From contig JAYWEM010000055.1 in NCBI GenBank assembly GCA_043779265.1, positions 1 through 11,658 of the forward strand: a stretch of 11,658 nucleotides of DNA, in the 5' to 3' direction. The notes under the pieces were generated by a model that did not search any database, had not been told where the DNA came from, and was given only the letters and a program-made list of their open reading frames with translations. The stretch comes from a bacterium (lineage in GTDB: Bacteria > Eisenbacteria > RBG-16-71-46). The translations under genes and the position numbers were made by a program. Shown in pieces: positions 1 through 6,931 of the stretch; the stretch's first letter is position 1; each line of letters starts with the position of its first letter.

Positions 1-313
1 CGTAGCGACTCGATGACTCACTCTCGGACCAGTTGTGGCTCGCGGAAGCGCGCAGCGCATGCACAGCGCGCACGCGTTCGGAGTCCCGGAATCGGTTCCA
101 TGCGCTTGAGAGATGGGCTCTCGATGAGTGGCCATCAAATTGCTCGTTGCTTCTGCTCGCATCGGATGCGCTCAGATCTCCCCGCAGGTCGAACGCGGAC
201 GTGCTCCACGAGTGATCCGGGATCCGGAACTCCGCGAACGGGTCGTCCGCGGCGAGGACGAAGGACGGCAGGGCCAACAACAGGGCGACGAGCCCGATGC
301 GCACTCGGTTCAT
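1..313 (-). CDS. Partial (runs off window) hypothetical secreted protein with Sec signal peptide, possibly outer-membrane
   Basis: Not in ORF track; translated by hand. ATG at 313, GAGGA RBS at 327-323. Open for 104 codons to the edge: MNRVRIGLVALLLALPSFVLA/ADDPFAEFRIPDHSWSTSAFDLRGDLSAS... Basic n-region, hydrophobic h-region, VLA cleavage-like site. Confidence 0.85.
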   Translation of the reverse strand, partial: MNRVRIGLVALLLALPSFVLAADDPFAEFRIPDHSWSTSAFDLRGDLSASDASRSNEQFDGHSSRAHLSSAWNRFRDSERVRAVHALRASASHNWSESESSSRY

Positions 314-428
314 GGGTGGCGTTCCTCGTGGGTGGTCGGCCCTTCTGAGAGGGCCATCACGAGCGCGCCAGCGCCACCTTGCGTGCGTCCGGCATCTCTC
401 GTCGGCGGCAGTATCGCGAACCCCCGAC

Positions 429-1250
429 TCAGGCGTCCAGACGATTCTCTCCCGAGTACACGTTCATCCGGCCATCGCGCAGGAACCCGATCAGCGTCAT
501 CCCGGCCGCTTCGGCCAGGTGCACGGCCAACGAACTGGGAGCCCCCACCGAGGCCAGCGTCGGGATGCCGGAGCGCGCCGCCTTGAGCACCAGTTCGGCA
601 CCGGCGCGTCCACTCACCCACAGCACGCCCTCTCCCGCCGGTCGCTTGCCGCGTTCGAGCAGCCATCCGCACACCTTGTCCACGGCGTTGTGGCGGCCGA
701 CATCCTCGCGCAGCACCTGTGGCTCGAGTGCGGCATCGCACCACACAGCCGCGTGCAGCCCGCCGGTCGCCTCGAACGTCACCTGGGCGCTTCGCACGCG
801 CTCGGGCAGTGCGAGCACGCGCGCCGTCTCGAGCGGAGCCACCGACGTGATCGGCGTGAGCCCGGTGCGCAGCGCCTCCAGGTGCGCGCGGCCACACAGG
901 CCGCAGGCCGACGTGGTGGCGAAGTTCCGCTCGAGCCGCGTCCAGTCCACGATCACGCCCGGGGTCAGCACCACATCGAGCACGTCGGGCTCATCGGCGC
1001 AGGCCGCCTCGCGGCCGCTCATCGTGGCCACGTCGGTTCGCTTCGTGAGCAATCCCTCGTTCGCCAGGAACCCGAGCACCAGTTCCTCGTCGCGACCCGG
1101 CGTGCGAAGCGTCACCGAGAGTGCGCGACCATCAAGACGCATCTCCAGCGCGCGCTCGACCGCCACCGAGTCGACTTCCTGCACACGGGAACGGCCGGTC
1201 ACACGGGTGACCGGCCGTCGCTCGATGCGAGCGCGTGACTCGCCGTCCAT
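429..1250 (-). CDS. fdhD: Formate dehydrogenase accessory sulfurtransferase FdhD
   Basis: Motifs RTPGxDxELxxGFLxx[41 protein letters not shown] at 1250 overlaps the thyX stop (TGATG); in-frame GTG at 1253 is an alternative start. Confidence 0.95.
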   Translation of the reverse strand: MDGESRARIERRPVTRVTGRSRVQEVDSVAVERALEMRLDGRALSVTLRTPGRDEELVLGFLANEGLLTKRTDVATMSGREAACADEPDVLDVVLTPGVIVDWTRLERNFATTSACGLCGRAHLEALRTGLTPITSVAPLETARVLALPERVRSAQVTFEATGGLHAAVWCDAALEPQVLREDVGRHNAVDKVCGWLLERGKRPAGEGVLWVSGRAGAELVLKAARSGIPTLASVGAPSSLAVHLAEAAGMTLIGFLRDGRMNVYSGENRLDA

Positions 1251-2047
1251 CACACCTTGGCGTGGTCGGTGCGCGCGACCTCAGTGCCGTCGGCGAGCGT
1301 CTCGATGCGATAGTCGGCGAACATGTTGGGCGCCTCACGCTGCATCAGGCGCAGCACCGCGAGCGCCACTTTGCGGATCTCGGTCTCGGCGTGCTCGCTG
1401 CTGCGCAGCTCGATGAAGTGCCGAAGCGCCCGTGCGTTGCCGGTCATGAAGATCTTGGTCTCGGTCGCGTTCGGCAGCACCGACCTCGCGGCCTGGCGCG
1501 CCATCTTGCGACGCAACGTGCGCTCGGGGATCTCGGTGAACTTGGACTCGAGCCCGGCCACCAGCTGATCGTAGGCGGCGCGCGCCGCGTTCACCGCGTC
1601 GGTCCACGCCGCATGCAGCGCCGGATCCTCGGCGATCACGTCGGGTTCGATGTAGTCCGAGTCACTCTCGTCGACATAGCGCTGCGACAGCTGCGAGTAC
1701 GAGAAGTGACGGTGGCGGATCAACTCGTGCGTGAACGAACGCGACACGCCGGTGATCAGGAAGCTCCACACGCCGTGCTCAAGCACCGAGCCGTGCCCGA
1801 CCTCGATGATGTGCCCGACGAACGCCTCGTTCGTCTTGCGGCCCTTGCCGTAGCTCATGTAGCAGACGCGGCCGGCGATCTCGGCGAGCTGTTCGGCGCC
1901 CACCTCGGTGTCGGTCTGCCAGGTCAGCTCCTCATCGGCGAGGAAGCGCGCGATCTCGGGATCGCTCACGACTTGTCGGCCCACCACGTACACCTTGGGT
2001 TCTCTCGTGATCCGAAGCGGCTTGCTCTCCACGGTGGCCGTGTCCAT
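1250..2047 (-). CDS. thyX: FAD-dependent thymidylate synthase ThyX
   Basis: ThyX signature RHR-x7-S (RHRHFSYSQLSQRY), AGRVCYMS, GHGSVLEH, ARSVLPNATET, HAETEIR; GGAG RBS 5 nt upstream. Confidence 0.97.
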   Translation of the reverse strand: MDTATVESKPLRITREPKVYVVGRQVVSDPEIARFLADEELTWQTDTEVGAEQLAEIAGRVCYMSYGKGRKTNEAFVGHIIEVGHGSVLEHGVWSFLITGVSRSFTHELIRHRHFSYSQLSQRYVDESDSDYIEPDVIAEDPALHAAWTDAVNAARAAYDQLVAGLESKFTEIPERTLRRKMARQAARSVLPNATETKIFMTGNARALRHFIELRSSEHAETEIRKVALAVLRLMQREAPNMFADYRIETLADGTEVARTDHAKV

Positions 2048-2105
2048 GGCATCTCCAGGCTGGGAGTGGGGCGCGCCGTGCGCGCGTCAGGTTGGCTCGA
2101 GGCGC

Positions 2106-2135
2106 ATCCTACCGCGTCGGCCGTGCCTCCGGAAA
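2106..2135 (-). promoter_or_regulatory. Candidate internal sigma70-type promoter for thyX-fdhD
   Basis: TAGGAT (-10-like, 2111-2106) with TTCCGG/TTTCCG 17-18 nt upstream, in the 98-nt gap between the PLP gene and thyX. Confidence 0.4.
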
Positions 2136-2145
2136 GCCCCGGGAT

Positions 2146-3309
2146 TCAGCCGCGAACTGCGCGGACGATGCGGCTCATCACCTCGTCGGTCTCATCGTCC
2201 CGCGTGTAGAAGTGGGGCGCCAGGCGCAAGCCCACGCCCGGCCGGTGATCGAGCAGCACGTCCTCGGCGAGCAGTCGCGCGCACACCGCCTCGGCGTCCG
2301 GCACGTCGAGGCAGACGCTGCCGCCACGCGAGGCGTCCTCCCTTGGCGAGACCACACGGAAACCCGCTTCGTCGGCCAGCGCGATCAGCCGCGACGTGAG
2401 CCGGAGCGACTTGGCACGCAGCGCCGCGCCGCCGATCGAGGCGACCAGTTCGAAGCCCGGCTTGGCCGCCGCATAGGCGGGCAGGCTTGGCGTGCCATTC
2501 AGGTAGCGTCGCCAGCCTGCATCGAGCCGCTGCGGACCTGGGTCGAACGAGAAGGGCTGCTCGTGCGCCATCCATCCCGTCAGAGCGGGTGCGAGGCGCT
2601 CATGCAGTTCGGGGCGCACGTAGAGCCAGCCGGTGCCGGGGCCGCCGCACAGCCACTTGATCGAGCCTCCGCTCATCAGATCGACGCCCAGCGCCTCGAC
2701 GTCCACATCCAGGATGCCGACCGACTGATACGCATCGGCCATCACCCACGCCCCCACCTCGTGGGCGCGGCGGATGACGGGCTCGAGATCGAGCACTTGC
2801 GCCGAGCGGAAGAACACATGCGAGACCGCGACGATGGCCGTGCGCTCGTCGATCGCGGCGACGATGTCGGCGGCCTCGATGCGGCGTCCCTCTCTCGCCG
2901 CCACGCGCGTCAGCGTCGCGCCGCGCGAGCCCAGCCCCTCGTAGAGATAGAGCACCGAGGGGAAGTCCTCGTCGGTGCACACGACTCGATCTCGGCCCGG
3001 CGCGAAACGCATGGCCGAGAGCGCCACCGACTGCGCCACGGTGACATTGGGATGCAGCGACACGCTGCCGTCTCGCGCGCCGATCAACCGTTCGATAGAG
3101 CCCGCGACACTCCGCGGCAGATCCATCCAGCCCTCATCCCAAGCGCGAACGCCCCGATCGCTCCAACGCTGGGCATAGGCGGCCAGCTCATCGGCGACCT
3201 CGGCCGGCATGGCGCCCAGCGTGTGCGAGGCGAAGTGCAGCGTGTGGGCGAGCGTCGGGAAGCGGCTGCGATGCACGAGCAGCGGATCGTCGAGATGCGG
3301 CTGGCTCAA
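2146..3309 (-). CDS. Kynureninase-like aminotransferase class V PLP-dependent enzyme
   Basis: RSRFP, ASHTLGAMP, DFPS, DAYQSVG (PLP Asp), GGSIKWLCGGPG (PLP Lys at 2656-2658), TGWMAH, NGTP, RGGSV, DHRP..LRLAPHFY. TTG start overlaps the upstream stop (TTGA). Confidence 0.88.
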   Translation of the reverse strand: MSQPHLDDPLLVHRSRFPTLAHTLHFASHTLGAMPAEVADELAAYAQRWSDRGVRAWDEGWMDLPRSVAGSIERLIGARDGSVSLHPNVTVAQSVALSAMRFAPGRDRVVCTDEDFPSVLYLYEGLGSRGATLTRVAAREGRRIEAADIVAAIDERTAIVAVSHVFFRSAQVLDLEPVIRRAHEVGAWVMADAYQSVGILDVDVEALGVDLMSGGSIKWLCGGPGTGWLYVRPELHERLAPALTGWMAHEQPFSFDPGPQRLDAGWRRYLNGTPSLPAYAAAKPGFELVASIGGAALRAKSLRLTSRLIALADEAGFRVVSPREDASRGGSVCLDVPDAEAVCARLLAEDVLLDHRPGVGLRLAPHFYTRDDETDEVMSRIVRAVRG

Positions 3310-3881
3310 GCGTGCACGTCCTTCTGGGCGCCGATCGGCGAGGCGAGTCCCGCGAGCACATCAGTCGCAGCCTGCTCGGGCGTGTCCGCCACGATCAGGT
3401 GCCGCAGCAGCGGCTCGGGCACGAGGCGAGGGCCCCGGTGCGCCTCGATCCACGGCCTCCAGTGCGAGCCCATCAGCACGATGGGCGCAGGAGGCCGGGC
3501 TGCCACACTCAGGAGAGTCCAGGTGAGGAACAGCTCGGTCAGCGTCCCGATGCTGCCGGTCGCCACGACGAACCCGTCGGCGCGGTCGACCAGATGATCG
3601 AGCCTCGCATACAGGTCGGGCATGTGGACGCGCTCCTTGACCCACGGATTGACGGGGCCGCGTCGCTCGAACAACTCGACGGTGACCCCGATCACGTGAC
3701 CACCTGCCTCGTGGGCGCCTCTCGAACAGGCGGCCATCACGCCGTCGTAGCCGCCGGTCATCACCGCGGCGCCCCTCGTGGCGAGCGCCGTGCCCAGGAC
3801 GTGCGCTTCATGGAAGGCGTCATCACCTTCACGAACCGTCGAACTTCCGTACACCGCGATGATGGGAGTGGTCGCTCTCAT
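3306..3881 (-). CDS. LOG (Lonely Guy)-family nucleotide phosphoribohydrolase-like protein
   Basis: IAVYGSS, VMTGGYDGVMAACSRGA, GGHVIGV, ARL...ADGFVV, TGSIGTLTEL (variant of PGGxGTxxE), PIVLMG. Start moved to ATG 3881 because of GAGGAGG just upstream. Confidence 0.88.
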   Translation of the reverse strand: MRATTPIIAVYGSSTVREGDDAFHEAHVLGTALATRGAAVMTGGYDGVMAACSRGAHEAGGHVIGVTVELFERRGPVNPWVKERVHMPDLYARLDHLVDRADGFVVATGSIGTLTELFLTWTLLSVAARPPAPIVLMGSHWRPWIEAHRGPRLVPEPLLRHLIVADTPEQAATDVLAGLASPIGAQKDVHA

Positions 3882-3934
3882 GGGGCCTCCTCGAGTGGAG
3901 TCGGCATGATGCCACGCGGGGGGCCGACTCGGCA

Positions 3935-3963
3935 TGGCCCGAATCGGGCCGCCCCGCTAGGCT
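3935..3963 (+). promoter_or_regulatory. Candidate promoter for a leaderless Rieske transcript
   Basis: TGGCCC-N17-TAGGCT (3958-3963), 8 nt before ATG 3972; no Shine-Dalgarno. Confidence 0.4.
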
Positions 3964-3971
3964 GCCCGGCC

Positions 3972-4325
3972 ATGCGCCCACCACTTCGGATCACCAGCGA
4001 CGAGGCCCCGCCCGGCGCCCTGGTGCGCTTCACACTCGAACTGGAGGGCATCGCCCTGCCCGCGTTCGCGGTGCGGACTCCAGGGGGCTGGCGAGCCTAC
4101 GTGGACCGCTGCCGCCATCTGCCGATGACGCTCGACCCGGGGCTCGATGGGATCGCCCGAGACGGCGGCCGCGTGCTGGTCTGCACACGGCACGATGCCC
4201 ACTACGACGCCGCGTCCGGCCTATGCACCGAGGGCCCCTGTGAGGGACGATCGCTCACAGCGCTCGCGCTCGAATCGCGCGCGGACGGCCTGTGGTGCCT
4301 CGGGCGGGACGCACCGCCTCGTTGA
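3972..4325 (+). CDS. Small stand-alone Rieske [2Fe-2S] ferredoxin-like protein (117 aa)
   Basis: C-terminal part of ORF 3312..4325: CRH-x21-CTRH ligands followed by YDAASGLCTEGPCEGRSL; the upstream part of that ORF is antisense to the LOG gene. Confidence 0.88.
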   Translation: MRPPLRITSDEAPPGALVRFTLELEGIALPAFAVRTPGGWRAYVDRCRHLPMTLDPGLDGIARDGGRVLVCTRHDAHYDAASGLCTEGPCEGRSLTALALESRADGLWCLGRDAPPR

Positions 4326-4326
4326 A

Positions 4327-5001
4327 TCAGGCGCGTCGCTTGGGTGTGTTCACGTTCTTCACCACGCCACCGTCTCGCACATCGAGATAGCCGACGAGTC
4401 GCGCGTGCCGCTTCACCGCATCCGACAGGTCGATGGCGCCTCGGTCGCGCACGATCGTGCGCGCGAGTGCGAATGACATGACCAGCGGATGCCCTCGCTT
4501 CTTGCGATAGCGCGGCACGAGCGCATAGGCGAGCGTCTTCTCGCCCACTTTGCCCGCGGCTCCGAGCGCCTCGCTCATCAACGCGGCCAGCTCCATGAGC
4601 GTCACCGGCTTGACGGCCGGGTGATCGACCGGCAGCACCATCACCGCGCGGGGCCGCATCGCGATCGCCGAGGCGAGCCCCAACTGCGCCGAGCCCAGCA
4701 TGCCGCGCTTCCACTTGGCGTTGGTGACGAAATGCACCTCGAGCGCCTGGCGGCCCTTGTCGCGCGCCGCGTGCGTTTCCGGCACTAGCGCGCCGGCCTC
4801 GGCCAGCGCCACGAACTCGGCCTCCAGCGCGCGCTGCGTCCTAGCGGCGTTCGAGCCCAGCACCACGATCACGCGGTCGCACACGCTCCACAGCGTGCGG
4901 ACGCCTCGCACGACGAAGCTCTGCCCCTTCGACTTCGCGAGCGCCTTGGAGCTGCCATAACGGCTCGATGCACCAGCCGCGAGCAGGATGCCGACGTTCA
5001 T
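4327..5001 (-). CDS. mocA: Molybdenum cofactor cytidylyltransferase (MocA-like NTP transferase)
   Basis: ILLAAGASSRYGSSKAL (LAAG type, not MobA LAGG), WKRGMLGS, PVDHP, RGHPLV, NVNTP; last gene of an XOR-family operon; ATGA overlap with xdhC. Confidence 0.82.
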   Translation of the reverse strand: MNVGILLAAGASSRYGSSKALAKSKGQSFVVRGVRTLWSVCDRVIVVLGSNAARTQRALEAEFVALAEAGALVPETHAARDKGRQALEVHFVTNAKWKRGMLGSAQLGLASAIAMRPRAVMVLPVDHPAVKPVTLMELAALMSEALGAAGKVGEKTLAYALVPRYRKKRGHPLVMSFALARTIVRDRGAIDLSDAVKRHARLVGYLDVRDGGVVKNVNTPKRRA

Positions 5002-5942
5002 GACCGTGTCCCTTCGGTGTGGGGCCTGGCGGTCTCGGCGGGCGTGGAAGCGTCCTGCTGGCGCCTCGGACGTGGCACCCAGCCGGCCTCGGGCACGGCT
5101 CCCCGGCGGACCGCGACCAGTTCGGCGACGACGCTGACGGCGATCTCCTCGGGTGTCTGCGCTCCGATCGAGAGTCCGAGCGGCGTGCGGAGCCGGGCGA
5201 TCCTCTCATCTGATACGCCACGCGCGGACAGCCGCTGCGCGAACTTCCGCTGCTTGGCGATGCTGCCGATCATCCCGATGAAACCAACCTCGCCGGTCGG
5301 GCGGTCGAGGAACACATTCACGAGGCGCTGATCGAGCGCGTGATCGTGCGTGACGATGACGACGAAATCATCGGACCTCGTCTCCCACGCCTTGCCCGCG
5401 CGCTCGGGATCCTCGAGTCGGCGAGACGCGGCGGGGAATCGTTCGGCGGTCAGCCACTCCTCACGAGCGTCCATCACCGTCACCGCGAAGCCGCAGGCGG
5501 AGGCGAGCGCCGCGATCGGCCGTGCCAGATAGCCGCCGCCGAACAGCGCGAGGCGCGGCATCGCCGAGAGCACCTCCAGGTGCACGACCATCTCGCCACC
5601 GCAGCACATGCCGAGTTCGGTCGTGAGTTGTTTGCGCACGGTGAGGACACGCTCGTCGCTCGCAAGCAGCGCGGCCGCCTCGATCAACACGTGATGCTCG
5701 ATCGCCCCGCCGCCGATGGTGCCCACGGTCTCGCCCTTCGGATCGAGCAGCATGTGCGTGCCGGGCTTGCGCGGCGTGAAGCCGCGCGACTCGATCACCG
5801 TCATCAGCACGAAACGGCGCCCCTCGGCGCGCCAAGTCGCCAGCTTCTCCCACACCGCATCCGCGTGCGCATCGGACATCGCGTCGAGGGCGCGCTCGGG
5901 CGGCACGCGGGGGGCGTCGTCCGGAATGCGCGGCTCGCTCAT
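4998..5942 (-). CDS. xdhC: XdhC/CoxI-family molybdoenzyme maturation factor
   Basis: GFTPRKPGTHM, GTIGGGAIE, LGMCCGG, Rossmann-like LALFGGG, VIVTHDHALD, FIGMIGS, PLGLSIGAQTPEEIAVSVVAEL. Start ATG 5942 overlaps the upstream stop (ATGA). Confidence 0.93.
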   Translation of the reverse strand: MSEPRIPDDAPRVPPERALDAMSDAHADAVWEKLATWRAEGRRFVLMTVIESRGFTPRKPGTHMLLDPKGETVGTIGGGAIEHHVLIEAAALLASDERVLTVRKQLTTELGMCCGGEMVVHLEVLSAMPRLALFGGGYLARPIAALASACGFAVTVMDAREEWLTAERFPAASRRLEDPERAGKAWETRSDDFVVIVTHDHALDQRLVNVFLDRPTGEVGFIGMIGSIAKQRKFAQRLSARGVSDERIARLRTPLGLSIGAQTPEEIAVSVVAELVAVRRGAVPEAGWVPRPRRQQDASTPAETARPHTEGTRS

Positions 5943-6931
5943 CGCGGCCCTCCGAACGCCTCTCGAAGCACGCGGCGCACGAACACGGGCACCATCTCGT
6001 GCCGCCAATCGGGGTCGTAGGGCACGTTCGTCAGCGGGCGGCACTGCTTGTGCGCCGCCTGCGCCACTGCCTCCCACACCGGCTCTCCGACCGCCTGCCC
6101 CTTGGCGATGGCGTCCATCTGACCCAGCGTGCGCGGCTTGGCGCCGAGCGCGCTGACCACAACAGTCAGCGCCTCGATGAGCCCACCGGAGGCCGCACCA
6201 CACGCCGCCACCGACAGCATCGGGAAGTCGATCGCCGCTCTCGGCCGCAGCTTCTGATAGGCCATCGGCAGGCCACGCGAGGCCGCCGGCAGCACGATGC
6301 GCGTGACGAGATCGCCCGAGCCGAGCACGTTGTTGTGAATGCCGTCGCCGACGAAGAAGTCCTCGACCGCGATCATGCGCCGCCCCGATGCGTTGGCGAT
6401 CTCGACTGTCGCGCCGAGCGCGATCAGCATGGGAGCAACATCCGAGGAGTGGGCCGCGACGCAGCGCTTGCCCTGGGTGACGACATGGCAGCGCGTGCCG
6501 TCCTTCTTGAGACAGAAGCCGAGCGCCTCGCGCCAGAAGAACGTCTGGTTGTAATAGGTACAGCGCGTGTCGAGACAGAGGTTGCCGCCGATGGTGCCCA
6601 TGTTGCGGATCTGCGGCGAGGCGACCTGCGACGCCGCACGCGCCACCGCCGGGTAATCGCGGATGATGCGCGCGTCACCGGCGATCTCGGACAGCCGCAC
6701 CAAGGCGCCCAACTCGAGCCCCGCGGGCTGCTCGCGCACTTTCCTCAACTCGCGCACGCTGGCCAGATGCACGATGCGCTTGGGCTCGTGCAGACGGTGC
6801 TTCAGGTTCGGCACGGCGTCGGTGCCGCCCGCGATCACGAGCACGTCGCCTCGGTCGGTGCCCGCGATCTCGGCGAGAGCGGCCTCGAGCGACGTCGGCC
6901 GCGACCACGTGAATCCGGGTACGGTCAGCAT
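5939..6931 (-). CDS. XOR-family FAD-binding medium subunit with extra [4Fe-4S]-type insert (HcrB-like)
   Basis: IAGGTD, ASPQIRNMGTIGGNLC, insert C-x15-C-x7-C-x8-C (6562-6461), SSD, YQKLRPRAAIDFP. ATG 6931 with GGAGG RBS, overlapping the large-subunit stop. Confidence 0.92.
   Translation of the reverse strand: MLTVPGFTWSRPTSLEAALAEIAGTDRGDVLVIAGGTDAVPNLKHRLHEPKRIVHLASVRELRKVREQPAGLELGALVRLSEIAGDARIIRDYPAVARAASQVASPQIRNMGTIGGNLCLDTRCTYYNQTFFWREALGFCLKKDGTRCHVVTQGKRCVAAHSSDVAPMLIALGATVEIANASGRRMIAVEDFFVGDGIHNNVLGSGDLVTRIVLPAASRGLPMAYQKLRPRAAIDFPMLSVAACGAASGGLIEALTVVVSALGAKPRTLGQMDAIAKGQAVGEPVWEAVAQAAHKQCRPLTNVPYDPDWRHEMVPVFVRRVLREAFGGPR

Noticed and set aside
338..355. CTGAGA/CTCTCAG core reminiscent of TPP or glycine riboswitches
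   Set aside because: The other conserved aptamer elements are absent, and CTGAGA is on the strand opposite the adjacent gene.
2146..3309. PLP enzyme as the cysteine desulfurase feeding FdhD/XdhC
   Set aside because: No IscS/SufS-type catalytic Cys loop; the C-terminus is kynureninase-like.
5932..5942. Identical ATGAGCGAGCC (MSEP) start shared by xdhC and the Mo subunit gene
   Set aside because: Partly forced by the ATGA overlap and codon bias; only 11 nt.
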